A stretch of DNA of 64,000 bases from a virus (IMGVR_UViG_2862421350_000002:22710-86709), one strand, 5' to 3'; shown: positions 37,387-46,953, numbered from the stretch's first letter. The notes: generated by a model from the sequence alone, not told the origin. Translations and numbers: made by a program.

Positions 37387-38531
37387 TGGCGATGAACCCC
37401 AACGAGTTCGACGACTTCCTCGAGGACGACGACGCCCCCGACCACGTCATCGACACCCGGGCCGACGGCCGGCTCCTCCGTGTCCCCCTCGGCCGCATCT
37501 CGCCGAACCTCGTGAACCCGCGGAAAGACTTCGGCACCGAAGACGACCTCAAGGACTTCGGGCGCAGCCTGAAGCGCCGACAAATCCAGGCCGTCCCCGT
37601 CGTGACCCGCAAGGCGTACCTCAACCTCTGGCCCGACCACAAAGACGGAATCGGCAACGTCGACGTCGTCATCGTCAGCGGGGAGCGCCGCTACCGCGGA
37701 GCCAGCGCCGTAGACCTGCCGGCGCTCGAGTGCGTCATCAACGACGGGTACGCCGAGTCCCGCAAGACGTTCCTCGACGCGGTCGTCTCGGAGAACATCG
37801 ACCGGCAGAACTTCGACGCCATCGAGGAAGCCAACGCCGTCGAGGTCCTCGTCGAAGCGTTCGGCACCGCCCGGGCAGTGGCCGAGCACTACGAACGGGT
37901 CGACGGCTGGGTATCGCAACGCCGGATCCTGCTCCGCCTCGCCCCCGAAGCGCAGGAGCTCGTGCGCCGCCAGAGCATGCCGCTCGACGCGGCACGCAAG
38001 CTCGGCAAGCTCGTCAAGGACTACCAGTGGTCCGCCTCGGACCAGTTGCAGTGGTGGGAGGACGAACAGCAGGAGCGAGCGAAGAAGGCGGCGGCGAAGA
38101 AGGCGGCCCGCGCTGCGGAGCGAAAGGCCGCCGCTCAGGCCGCTCCGATGCCACCGAGTTTTACGGCCGTAAAACCGGTTGGTGTGGCACCGGCCCCGGA
38201 CCCGGGCATTCCGCAGCGCGTCGAGCCGGAGCAGAGCAGCCCCGCCCCGACACCGGACCCGGCCCCGGCCGCTCTTCCGGTTCAACGGGAGACGGCACCC
38301 TCGCCGACTCCAACACCATCAGAGGCCCCACTCAACGTTGCCACGCCCGCAGTGAGACCGACAGGACCCATTCGGCAGTCCGTAGCCGCTGAGCCCTCTG
38401 TCCGGGTGCAGCAGCTGCCGACGCACGACTGGCAGCAGCTCGCGGACATCGTCATCGCCGAACTCCCCCGAGCAGCACTGCAAAACCTGACCGAGCGACT
38501 CCTCGAGGCGGCTACAAGCCGTTCCGCCTGA
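37386..38531 (+). CDS. parB: ParB/Spo0J partition protein
   Basis: NPRK.F, SGERRYR, ENIDR.N...IEEA, HTH WVSQR. Confidence 0.93.
   Translation: MAMNPNEFDDFLEDDDAPDHVIDTRADGRLLRVPLGRISPNLVNPRKDFGTEDDLKDFGRSLKRRQIQAVPVVTRKAYLNLWPDHKDGIGNVDVVIVSGERRYRGASAVDLPALECVINDGYAESRKTFLDAVVSENIDRQNFDAIEEANAVEVLVEAFGTARAVAEHYERVDGWVSQRRILLRLAPEAQELVRRQSMPLDAARKLGKLVKDYQWSASDQLQWWEDEQQERAKKAAAKKAARAAERKAAAQAAPMPPSFTAVKPVGVAPAPDPGIPQRVEPEQSSPAPTPDPAPAALPVQRETAPSPTPTPSEAPLNVATPAVRPTGPIRQSVAAEPSVRVQQLPTHDWQQLADIVIAELPRAALQNLTERLLEAATSRSA
38158..38175. promoter_or_regulatory. Second parS-like palindrome inside parB
   Basis: GTTTTACGGCCGTAAAAC, identical core to 36540-36557. Confidence 0.75.
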
Positions 38532-38538
38532 CCCAACA

Positions 38539-38584
38539 GAACCGGCCCCGCCCTCACCATCACGGTGCGGGCGGGGCCGGTTTC
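38539..38584 (+). terminator. Terminator after parB
   Basis: AACCGGCCCCGCCC / GGGCGGGGCCGGTT stem. Confidence 0.8.
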
Positions 38585-38813
38585 GTGTGCGGTCGGTTTC
38601 GGTCGCATTCCGGCACCTTGCCGGGGTTTTTCGGTCACACGTCCGAGTGACTCCACGACCCGCCCCTTCCCACCTGCGGCCGGTCGTGACTTGGCTGGAA
38701 ACGCCGTGCGCCCAAACCGGGTACGGCAGCAGGGGCAGGGGCGCCCCCGCCCGGGTTCGCAGCACCCCTGCCCCTGCCCCAGCTCTCACCAGGAACCTTG
38801 CCCAACGCATTCC

Positions 38814-38946
38814 GCTGACGAGAGCCGAGGTCTACAATCGCCATCATCTGATGGGCATGCCCCGTGAGGTCTCAAGCCCCCGCAAGACCGGAAGCTGGCG
38901 TCGGCGAAAGCACCAGCCCCCGACCGCGGGGGCTTCCTCATGCCCA
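38814..38946 (+). ncRNA. Candidate promoter plus ~100-nt rod-like structured RNA
   Basis: TACAAT -10, then nested stems TGGGCATG/CATGCCCA, AAGCCCCCGC/GCGGGGGCTT, GCTGG/CCAGC, GC-GAAA-GC. Confidence 0.45.
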
Positions 38947-39176
38947 CACCCAGACAGCAGCACGACCCTCCCGGACACCTGACCAAGGACTGGCCGGGAC
39001 CCTACCCCAGCAGGGGCGCACCGGTATCAAAATCCAGACCTGCCTTACCCACGTGGCCAAATCAGTGTCACAGTGAACATCCCCCGGTATAGGCCACCGG
39101 CAGCCAGCCGGGGGAGGCCGCACGGACTGCGATCGTGTGGTCGCCCTTCCCAATGCCGGAGGAGCGGAGACGCCCC

Positions 39177-39584
39177 ATGCCCTCATCAGTCGAGCCCGCC
39201 CCCACCACGGGCCACCACACACCCGGGCCCCCAGGCCCCGACACCACGCGCCCGCCTGGCGATACGTCCAACCGGGTCATCCCGTTCGGCCGGCGCACCA
39301 CCCGCACCGGGCGCGGCCGCCGCACCCCGCAGCCCGCCCTGCCGGAACGCGTCGTCGCCCCAGACAGCCCTCAGCAGCGCCTCGCCGAAACCGCCGAAGC
39401 ATGGTTCCTCGCCCGCGGCGCCACCCTGACCGACGAGACGACCGCCGACACCTACCGGGCCACCCTCGACCTGGTGCAGCTCATGATCGACGGATCCCGC
39501 GCCGAGAACCTTGTCGGCGAGGACGAACACCAGACCCTGACCGGCATGATGCGCGGCCTCCGAGACACCCCCGACGTGCTGTGA
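39177..39584 (+). CDS. Hypothetical protein
   Basis: SD GGAG; helical C-terminal half. Confidence 0.6.
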   Translation: MPSSVEPAPTTGHHTPGPPGPDTTRPPGDTSNRVIPFGRRTTRTGRGRRTPQPALPERVVAPDSPQQRLAETAEAWFLARGATLTDETTADTYRATLDLVQLMIDGSRAENLVGEDEHQTLTGMMRGLRDTPDVL

Positions 39585-39804
39585 ATATGCCAACCACCAA
39601 TGCGGTTCGATGGGTGGCGACTCGACCACAGTCACACACAGCCCGTTGATCACTTAGCACTTTCTGTTCAACACGGGACCAATACGTGCCATCATGGGCG
39701 TCCGGAACTACCCGGAGTCACACTCTCCGGCCACCGGCGCGCGCCCCGGCCCCACACCGCACGCCCCGCGCCCCCGGCCGGTTTCCAACGGGATCGGGGA
39801 CACC

Positions 39805-40341
39805 ATGCTGGGAGACGACACCACCACCGAACGTAGACTCCGGCTCCTCCAGGCGGAGTTTACCCAGCTTGAGCAACGCGGGCCCGGTGACGGGCGCACC
39901 GCCACCCGCACCGAATCACCCGCACCCCTCAACCTCGCCGTCATCGACCGCATCCGCGCCGCTGTGTACGAGGTCGAAACCCACACCCGCGCCGCCGTGC
40001 CCGACGCCGGCCCCCTCCCGGCGGACGCCGCCCGCGTCTACGACTGGGCACGCCAGCACACCGCAGACCTCGAGCCTCAACGCCAGCAGGCCCGCGAGAC
40101 CCTGATCTACCGACAAGGCCTCGAGCACGCCATCGAGATGGGTGACGCCAGCGTCATCCGCAAGCACCCCTGCCCCGGCTGCGGATGCTGGGGACTCATC
40201 TGGCGGCCCGCCGCCCACCGCGCCGCCTGCGTCAACCGGTACTGCGTGGACCACGACGGGCTCTCCCACACCTGGCCACTCAAGACGCTCGCCCACCACC
40301 ACGTCGCCCGCCAATTCGCCACGAAGACCAGCGCAACCTGA
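39805..40341 (+). CDS. Zn-ribbon phage protein
   Basis: SPAPLNLAVID, CPGCGCWGL...CVNRYC. Confidence 0.7.
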   Translation: MLGDDTTTERRLRLLQAEFTQLEQRGPGDGRTATRTESPAPLNLAVIDRIRAAVYEVETHTRAAVPDAGPLPADAARVYDWARQHTADLEPQRQQARETLIYRQGLEHAIEMGDASVIRKHPCPGCGCWGLIWRPAAHRAACVNRYCVDHDGLSHTWPLKTLAHHHVARQFATKTSAT

Positions 40342-40474
40342 CCGCCCTCCCGACGGTCAAACAACCAGCACCCCCCGCAACAACCTCATCACGCACAACC
40401 CTCACGGGCCCACCAGCCCACCCCGTGTCGGCCGCCGGAGCTGCGAACGATGGCCGCCCGACCCCGGGAGCACC

Positions 40475-40732
40475 ATGGCCGTCGAGCACTTCGTCCCTCA
40501 CCCGGCACCGAACGACCTGATGCCCCTGCCGGCCATCTACGACCTCCTCCAGGACACCGGTCATCCCGCGTCCGAGTCAACGATCCGCCGGTGGATCGCC
40601 CAGGCGGAGGCCCGCGGTGAGGCCATGTACGTCGAGCGCCGGCTGTCCTTCGCCGGGCGCCGGCGGGATCTCGTGTCCGTCTCCGACATCCTGATGGCTC
40701 ACCGTGACTGGGTGAACGGCACCGTGCCCTGA
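40475..40732 (+). CDS. Small winged-HTH DNA-binding protein
   Basis: LMPLPAI.DLL..TGHPASESTIRRWI. Confidence 0.7.
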   Translation: MAVEHFVPHPAPNDLMPLPAIYDLLQDTGHPASESTIRRWIAQAEARGEAMYVERRLSFAGRRRDLVSVSDILMAHRDWVNGTVP

Positions 40733-40754
40733 CTGGGCGTCACCCGCAGAGACC

Positions 40755-40790
40755 AGCCCTCACCCCTTTCCCCCGGGGGTGGGGGCTTTC
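40755..40790 (+). terminator. Terminator
   Basis: AGCCCTCACCCC / GGGGTGGGGGCT-TTC. Confidence 0.7.
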
Positions 40791-40808
40791 TCATGCCATC
40801 ACCCCGAA

Positions 40809-40841
40809 CGTATTGCATAGCAATACGAGAATGGGTACTGT
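40809..40841 (+). promoter_or_regulatory. Promoter with palindromic operator O1
   Basis: CGTATTGC-ATA-GCAATACG over TTGCAT-17-TACTGT. Confidence 0.8.
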
Positions 40842-40899
40842 GGTGTCACCGGAAGGGAGAACACCCCCACCGGACCACCACCCCAACCAGGAGGCCGCC

Positions 40900-41253
40900 A
40901 TGGGCCACGCCGTGATGACGCACGCCCCCAACCGGGCCACCACCGTCAACTACGCCGACCTCACCGCCCTCGCACAGGACGCCTTCGACCACCACATGGA
41001 GCAGGCCGACAACGCCCGCACCAACACCGACTACCGCCAGGCCATGACCTGCGCCGCCCTCACCGCCGGAATCCCCCTCCCCACCGGAGGCGAGATCGCC
41101 CTCTGCGCCTGCCCCAACTGCTGGGACTGCGACCGCATCTTCAACGCCAACGACCCCGACGCCCACCCCTTCGGGCAGTCCACCGGCTACAACCTCGGCC
41201 GCATCCAGTGCCCCCACTGCACCGACGCGCACCGCGCGACCGACGAGCAGTAA
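40900..41253 (+). CDS. Hypothetical Zn-binding protein
   Basis: SD AGGAGG; CAC.NC..C...CPHC. Confidence 0.7.
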   Translation: MGHAVMTHAPNRATTVNYADLTALAQDAFDHHMEQADNARTNTDYRQAMTCAALTAGIPLPTGGEIALCACPNCWDCDRIFNANDPDAHPFGQSTGYNLGRIQCPHCTDAHRATDEQ

Positions 41254-41395
41254 CCCACCGGCCCCCGCTCCTGCCAACCGCGACGTGGCAGGACCGGGCC
41301 AACCCCGGCCCCGAGTCGAGCACCACACCCCATGGGTGCGCAGTAGCTCCCGGGGCCGGGTGAACACCCCCAACCTCACCACCCGGGAGACCGCC

Positions 41396-41908
41396 ATGCC
41401 CACCGACCCCACCAAGCACCTCCTTGGCTACGGGCGCCAGGACACAACCACAGGCATGCTGCACGGCCACATCCGTTGGCCCAACGGACAACCGCCGACC
41501 CCGTTCGGATGCCGCTGGTGCGGAACCGCTCAGAACGTCCACGGCAAGCGCTGGATGCCAGGCAAGGCACTGCATACCTGGGAACGCCCCACCACCGCAC
41601 AAATCAAGGCCCGCATGCTGGCCCGCCGCAACGCCTACAAAGACGTCTGCCGGTGCCCGCGGGACGACGAATGGCGCCCGTTCGCCCCGGTCTTCGACCC
41701 GTACGCCTGCGAAGCCTCCAACTGCCACGGCTACACCTCCGAGACCAGCCCGTTTGGCGGCGGCCTGTACTCGCGATCTGTCACCACGACCAGCGCCGAG
41801 GTGTCCCGGAAGTGCAGTACGTGCGGCTGGCGGACGTCGGTGTGGCACGTCGATGACGGGTCTGCGGAAGAAGAGCTGCACCGCCACGTCACCCGCGTCC
41901 ACGCCTGA
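41396..41908 (+). CDS. Hypothetical Cys-rich protein
   Basis: P.GCRWCG...HG....PGK..H.WE.PT.AQ..ARM.ARR, shared with 48454-48642. Confidence 0.65.
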   Translation: MPTDPTKHLLGYGRQDTTTGMLHGHIRWPNGQPPTPFGCRWCGTAQNVHGKRWMPGKALHTWERPTTAQIKARMLARRNAYKDVCRCPRDDEWRPFAPVFDPYACEASNCHGYTSETSPFGGGLYSRSVTTTSAEVSRKCSTCGWRTSVWHVDDGSAEEELHRHVTRVHA

Positions 41909-41931
41909 CCTCCACCACTCGGGAGACCGCC

Positions 41932-42369
41932 ATGCCTGCATCCAGCACCGGCACCATCCTCCGCACCACCGCCCACATCCTGAACTACTACGGCCTCCAC
42001 ACCGGCAAGCAGTTCGCCACCCACGACGGGCGCCTCGACATCACCGCCGCGATTTTCCGCGCCACCACCGGCAAAACCCCCAACTGCTTCCTGACTAACG
42101 AGAACGCCTCGCTCCTCCAGATCCAGGTGTGCGAGCCCGCCATGGACGCCATCCGCATGGTCTCCGCCGTCCTCCCCACCGAGCCGTCCACCGACCCGGC
42201 CACAGGGCGCGACGACCACATCGAGCACGTCAGCAACTGGGCCGGCCCCACCCGCCCCGACACGGATGCACCCACCCACCCCGAGGTCATCGGCGTGCTC
42301 CTCCGCGCCGCCACGGCCGCCGACAGCATCACCGCCTTCCCCCACCAGACCGAACGGAGCGCCGCCTGA
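41932..42369 (+). CDS. Hypothetical phage protein (DUF6197-like)
   Basis: ILR..A.IL..YGLHTG...LDI.AAI...EVI.VL.RAA. Confidence 0.65.
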   Translation: MPASSTGTILRTTAHILNYYGLHTGKQFATHDGRLDITAAIFRATTGKTPNCFLTNENASLLQIQVCEPAMDAIRMVSAVLPTEPSTDPATGRDDHIEHVSNWAGPTRPDTDAPTHPEVIGVLLRAATAADSITAFPHQTERSAA

Positions 42370-42518
42370 TGGACACCCGCATCGCCGTCACGATCACCGT
42401 CACCGCCACCAACCTCACCGAGGCCGACGTCGACACCATGCGCCAGGAGATCGAGGACGCAGCAGCTGCCTACAAGGGCGACGTCACCGTCGACTCCCGC
42501 ACCTACGAGGCCGACTAG
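42369..42518 (+). CDS. Small hypothetical protein
   Basis: TGATG coupling, SD GGAG. Confidence 0.55.
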   Translation: MDTRIAVTITVTATNLTEADVDTMRQEIEDAAAAYKGDVTVDSRTYEAD

Positions 42519-42584
42519 CCCACCTGACCGTCGCCCGCCCGGGGCCATCGCACCCCGGGCCCCACACCGGAACAGGACACCCCC

Positions 42585-42836
42585 ATGACCACCATGACCA
42601 TCGCCCCCGCCCTCACCGGCGGCCACGACCCCGCCTACTACGCCGGCCGCGCCGACGCCTACGACGACCACCAGGACGGCACCACGCTCCAGGTCCTCAC
42701 CGTCCGCCTCAGCTACCTCATCGACCAGCACCCCGACGTCCACTACGTCACCGGCTACGCCGCCCGCGTTCTCGAAATCGACGCCGAGCAGCGCCACATC
42801 ACCACCAACGACACCTACTGGGAGACCGCCGCATGA
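42585..42836 (+). CDS. Hypothetical protein
   Basis: YYAGRADAYDD motif; SD AGGA. Confidence 0.65.
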   Translation: MTTMTIAPALTGGHDPAYYAGRADAYDDHQDGTTLQVLTVRLSYLIDQHPDVHYVTGYAARVLEIDAEQRHITTNDTYWETAA

Positions 42837-43213
42837 ACGCTCGCGACAGCATCGAGAACCTGTGGGACCGGGCAACACCGGTTGGGCCACTCCTCGACGC
42901 CTACCGCCTTGCGGTTATCGCCGAGCGGGACGCCCAGATCATCGCGTGGCTGGAGAAGAAGGCGCGCGAGGAAGGTTCCTCGAACAAGGAGCGCCGCTCC
43001 CGCGCGGAGGTCCTCTTCCGCATGGCCGACAAGATGTCGCGCGGTGCCGTACGACCGCCCTTGTCGAAGGGCCCGGACGCGACTCCTCCGACACGTTCCG
43101 AGGTACTGCACGAAGCTGCCGACCTTGGGCGCGAGCTCAGCCGCCAGGGCTACTCCGCGCAGGAGATCGCGAAGCGCCTGGACCGCATGGCAGACGAGGC
43201 CACCACCACGTGA
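42833..43213 (+). CDS. Hypothetical protein
   Basis: ATGA overlap; RSEVLHEAAD motif. Confidence 0.6.
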   Translation: MNARDSIENLWDRATPVGPLLDAYRLAVIAERDAQIIAWLEKKAREEGSSNKERRSRAEVLFRMADKMSRGAVRPPLSKGPDATPPTRSEVLHEAADLGRELSRQGYSAQEIAKRLDRMADEATTT

Positions 43214-43347
43214 TCTGGCCGCCCACCGCACCCGCTGTCATTGCCGCCGTGCTCGGATTCATCGCCATCGCCATGATCTGCGCCTCCCAGCACGGCCACG
43301 GCACCACCCCGAACCCCCCAGACACGAAGGAGCACCCCCAGCCATGA
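43210..43347 (+). CDS. Small membrane protein
   Basis: GTGA overlap; AVIAAVLGFIAIAMICA. Confidence 0.5.
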   Translation: MIWPPTAPAVIAAVLGFIAIAMICASQHGHGTTPNPPDTKEHPQP

Positions 43348-43715
43348 GCACCCAGCCCACCCCCCACCTCGACGACGAGCAGATCACCGCCCTCTCCGAC
43401 ACCCTCTACGACGCCCTGTACGCCATCACCCCGTACGCCGAACCCCACTTCGCCGACGAGACCGAGGGACTGAAGAACGCCGTCCGCGCAGTCCTCGCCG
43501 AAGCCGCTGCCCCCGCCCCGGGTGTCATCGAGTACGGCACCGCGTTCCGCGCGACGGAGCAGGCCGCCATCGAGGTGCACTCCCCGACCGCGAGCCGTGA
43601 TGAGGCGGCCGCCCGAGCGGACCGCTACCGCGACATGTACCCGGTCGTGCACCTCGTTCAGCGGACGGTGCACTACGGCGAGTGGACCGACTGCGCCGGA
43701 GGCCCCCGTGGCTGA
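43344..43715 (+). CDS. Hypothetical protein
   Basis: SD AAGGAG; LVQRTV.YGEW. Confidence 0.65.
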   Translation: MSTQPTPHLDDEQITALSDTLYDALYAITPYAEPHFADETEGLKNAVRAVLAEAAAPAPGVIEYGTAFRATEQAAIEVHSPTASRDEAAARADRYRDMYPVVHLVQRTVHYGEWTDCAGGPRG

Positions 43716-44055
43716 GACACACGACCAGACGTACATCGCGATCCTCGGTGCCGCCCTCGCCCAGATGAACCGCAACGCCCTCGTCCTCGCCGAGAACGGC
43801 AACAACCAGCTCGGCCGGCCCCACCCCAGCCACCCCGGCTGGCGCATCTGGAACGGCAACCTCTGCCAAATCGGCCACCACCAGCCCACCCCGTTCGTCC
43901 TCGAAGCGAACGCGATCCTCCCCGGCCGCATGTACGCCGACCGCGCCCACCACTGGCACGCCCACCTCAACAACAACCAGTGGACCCCCTGCGCACCCAC
44001 CGCCGACGGAGCCGTCCCCCTCACCATCACCATCACCCAAACCCGGGAGCCGTGA
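43708..44055 (+). CDS. Hypothetical protein
   Basis: SD GGAGG, operon context. Confidence 0.55.
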   Translation: MAETHDQTYIAILGAALAQMNRNALVLAENGNNQLGRPHPSHPGWRIWNGNLCQIGHHQPTPFVLEANAILPGRMYADRAHHWHAHLNNNQWTPCAPTADGAVPLTITITQTREP

Positions 44056-44234
44056 TGGCCTGCCCCACCGGCAAACAGCGCTTCCGCGACGACTTCGAAG
44101 CCAAGCTCGCCCTCCACCGAGTCACCACCAGCAACTCCCCCCGACGCCAAGAGAAGCGCGCCTACCACTGCCCCCACTGCCACGGATGGCACCTCACCAG
44201 CCAACCCAAGAAGCACAGGAAGGCCCGCCAGTGA
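44055..44234 (+). CDS. Small Zn-finger phage protein
   Basis: CPTGK.RF...RAYHCPHCHGWHLTS. Confidence 0.75.
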   Translation: MACPTGKQRFRDDFEAKLALHRVTTSNSPRRQEKRAYHCPHCHGWHLTSQPKKHRKARQ

Positions 44235-44668
44235 CCACCACCCTCACCCGCCCCAACACCTGGCGGCTCGCACTCCCCGTCAACACCCTCCTCATCAACG
44301 CCAACCAGAACCTCCACTACCGCAAGAAGACCGAACTCATCAAAGCCCTCCGCCAGACCGCATGGGCCACTGCCCGTGCAGCCAACCTCCCCGCCCTCCA
44401 ACGCGCCCACATCTTCTACGTCATCCACCCCGACACCAAGACCCGCCGCCGCGACCCCGGCAACTGGTCCCCCTCCGTCAAAGCCGTAGTCGACGGCCTC
44501 GTAGACGCCGGAATCCTCCCCGACGACAACCACCACCACCTCCTCGGCCCCGACCCCCGACTCGGCACCCCCATCAAGGGCTCCCAACTCGTCCTCTGGA
44601 TCACCGACCTCGACCAGCTGGCACCCGACCACACCGCGTTCCTCAACCCGCCCGGAGACCCGTCATGA
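44231..44668 (+). CDS. RusA-like Holliday junction resolvase
   Basis: RRRDPGNW.PSVKAVVDGLVDAGILPDDN. Confidence 0.75.
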   Translation: MTTTLTRPNTWRLALPVNTLLINANQNLHYRKKTELIKALRQTAWATARAANLPALQRAHIFYVIHPDTKTRRRDPGNWSPSVKAVVDGLVDAGILPDDNHHHLLGPDPRLGTPIKGSQLVLWITDLDQLAPDHTAFLNPPGDPS

Positions 44669-45150
44669 CCATCATCGAAACCGAAACGTGCCGCGCCACA
44701 ACGAATGCCGCGTCCGGCCGGGACTGGCGGTTCAGTGCCGCCTGCGCCAGCGTCGACCCCGACCTGTTCTTCCCCCGCCGGGCGGAGGACCGGCCGCTCG
44801 CCCAGGTCGCTGAGGCCAAGCTGGTGTGCGGCGGGTGCCCGGTTCGGCAGGAGTGCCTGGACTGGGCGTTGGAGACCCGGCAGGACTCGGGTGTGTGGGG
44901 TGGCCTGTCGGAGAACGAGCGGCGCTCCATGCACCGCCGGGTCCGCCGGTACGACACCAGGGGGCCGGGCATGCCGGAGCAGATCATTCAGCACCGTCTG
45001 CCCGAGTTTCGGGCTGCGGTCGCGGCCGGTGGCGGGGTGGGCAAGGTGGCCCGGGCGCTGGGGACGAACGTGCAGACCGTGAACACCGTCCTCGCCCTAC
45101 TGGAAGACCGGAAGCAGCTGGACGCGGCCGTCGAGGAGGTGGCGTCATGA
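44665..45150 (+). CDS. WhiB-family transcription factor
   Basis: W...AAC..VDPDLFFP...AK.VC.GCPVR.ECL.WAL...GVWGGLSE.ERR. Confidence 0.93.
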   Translation: MTIIETETCRATTNAASGRDWRFSAACASVDPDLFFPRRAEDRPLAQVAEAKLVCGGCPVRQECLDWALETRQDSGVWGGLSENERRSMHRRVRRYDTRGPGMPEQIIQHRLPEFRAAVAAGGGVGKVARALGTNVQTVNTVLALLEDRKQLDAAVEEVAS

Positions 45151-46067
45151 CGCGGACGTTTCAGGAGAGGGCGGCGCACGCCCGGTGGGCGTCGCGCCGG
45201 CGGGAGCAGAAGCGTCTCGGGGTGTGGAAGCCGTTCGTGCCAGCCGCCCCGGTAAGGGAGCATCTGGAGCGGGTCCGTGAGGCGGGTATGCCTGTGCGGG
45301 CTACCGCAGTCCGGTTGGGGTTGCCGTACACGGCGTTCGAGTACCTGGTGTGGGGTGACCAGAACAACCCGCCGGGGGAACTGGTCCGTACGGAGACCGC
45401 GGAACTTATCCTCGGGTACTGGCCGACGCTGGCCGACTTCCCGGACGGGTCCCGGATCGACCCGACGGGCACCAGGCGCCGGGTGCACGCCCTGGAGACG
45501 CTGGGGTTCAGCCAGAAGTTCATCGCTGACCGGCTGGGCATTCAGAACTCGAACTTCGCCCGGTCGATGGTCGTCGACCGTGTGACGGCCCGTGTCGCCC
45601 GCGGGGTGGCCGCCCAGTACGACCTGCTGTGGAACAAGCGCCCGGAGGACTTCGGGGTGAAGCAGTGGGTCGCTGACCGGACACGCCGTATGGCGGCCCG
45701 CCAGGGGTGGGCACCGCCGTTGGCGTGGGACGACGACACGATCGACGACCCGACCGCGGTCCCGCAGATGGACGCACCCGTACCGGGGTTCACGGAAGGC
45801 GATGACGTGGTGGCCCGGTTCCTGCTGGGCGAGTCCGTCGTCCTGGACCGTGCGGCGCAGCGTGAGGTGATCAGCCACCTCATGGAGTGGAGCAACGAAA
45901 CCCCGGAGGAGATCGGGGCCCGTTTGGGGATGACGGGCCCCGCGGTGGGTCAGACGTGGGTGCGGATGAACCGTGAGGCCCGTGCGGCGGGCCGGCCGGT
46001 GCCGTGGCGGCGCGTGTACATCCCCCGGAACGAAATCAACCAGAACGACATGAGGAGTGCGGCATGA
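45147..46067 (+). CDS. HTH phage DNA-binding protein (paralog of 29129-30139)
   Basis: FVPAAPVREHL, GTRRRVHAL, AWDDDTIDDP. Confidence 0.75.
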   Translation: MTRTFQERAAHARWASRRREQKRLGVWKPFVPAAPVREHLERVREAGMPVRATAVRLGLPYTAFEYLVWGDQNNPPGELVRTETAELILGYWPTLADFPDGSRIDPTGTRRRVHALETLGFSQKFIADRLGIQNSNFARSMVVDRVTARVARGVAAQYDLLWNKRPEDFGVKQWVADRTRRMAARQGWAPPLAWDDDTIDDPTAVPQMDAPVPGFTEGDDVVARFLLGESVVLDRAAQREVISHLMEWSNETPEEIGARLGMTGPAVGQTWVRMNREARAAGRPVPWRRVYIPRNEINQNDMRSAA

Positions 46068-46606
46068 GCTTGCCGACGATGCACGGAACAGCCCGCTTGA
46101 TCGATGACCCGGAGCTTCGGTTCGGGGCCGGGTCGGGGAAGGCGGTGGTGCGGGTGCGCCTGGCGTTCAACTCGCGGAAGAAGGACAAGGCCACGAACGA
46201 GTGGGTCGACGGTGACACGTTCTTCGTGGACGGGAAGGCGTTCGATCAGGCGGCGGAGCACATCGCGGAGTCGTTGTCGCGAGGGATGGAGGTGGTGGTG
46301 TCGGGCCGACTCCGTACGGAGAAGTGGGAGACGGGTCAGGGTGAGAAGCGGTCGGCGTCGGCGCTGCTGATCGACTCGATCGGTCCGAGTCTGGCCCGTG
46401 CGACGGCGAAGGTGACGAAGGTGTCCTCGAGCGGTTCCGGCGGCCAGGGTCAGGGCCGGAGTCAGGGGAGGTCGCAGCAGGGTGCGGCGTCGGCGGAGGA
46501 TCCGTGGGCGTCGAACAACCCGGGGACGTCCGCCGGTGCGCCGGCTGGTGGTGGGTGGGGGAGGGGTTCCCAGGGTGGGGGTTACTCCGACGAGCCGCCT
46601 TTCTGA
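46064..46606 (+). CDS. ssb: Single-stranded DNA-binding protein
   Basis: DPELRF...AEHIAESL.RG..V.VSGRL; DPWA; C-terminal DEPPF. Confidence 0.93.
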   Translation: MSLPTMHGTARLIDDPELRFGAGSGKAVVRVRLAFNSRKKDKATNEWVDGDTFFVDGKAFDQAAEHIAESLSRGMEVVVSGRLRTEKWETGQGEKRSASALLIDSIGPSLARATAKVTKVSSSGSGGQGQGRSQGRSQQGAASAEDPWASNNPGTSAGAPAGGGWGRGSQGGGYSDEPPF

Positions 46607-46618
46607 GGCAGCTTCGGC

Positions 46619-46666
46619 GCGGCACAGGGTCCGGTCCTTTCGGGGGTCGGGCCCTTTGCCGTGCCT
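46619..46666 (+). terminator. Terminator after ssb
   Basis: CGGCACAGGGTCCGG / TCGGGCCCTTTGCCG hairpin. Confidence 0.65.
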
Positions 46667-46688
46667 GGTCTCCCCCTGGACCGTGAAA

Positions 46689-46721
46689 CGTATTGCTATG
46701 CAATACGAAACTGGGTATGGT
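46689..46721 (+). promoter_or_regulatory. Promoter with palindromic operator O2
   Basis: CGTATTGC-TAT-GCAATACG over TTGCTA-17-TATGGT. Confidence 0.8.
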
Positions 46722-46758
46722 GGTGGCACCGCACAACACCACCCCGAAGGGGCCACCC

Positions 46759-46953
46759 GTGCAGGAACTCCGCCTTCTTGACCCCGACGGATACACCGTC
46801 CCTTGCAGCGTCACCCGGGTCACCCCCACCACCGAACCCAAAGCCCGCACCGCCCTCCAGGCGCTCGCCCGCGACCACGCCGAACAGTGGGCATGGGCCC
46901 GCTACGACTACCGCAACTACCGCATCATCACCACCCCGGAAGGACCCCGATGA
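46759..46953 (+). CDS. Small hypothetical protein
   Basis: First gene after O2; SD AAGGGG. Confidence 0.6.
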   Translation: MQELRLLDPDGYTVPCSVTRVTPTTEPKARTALQALARDHAEQWAWARYDYRNYRIITTPEGPR

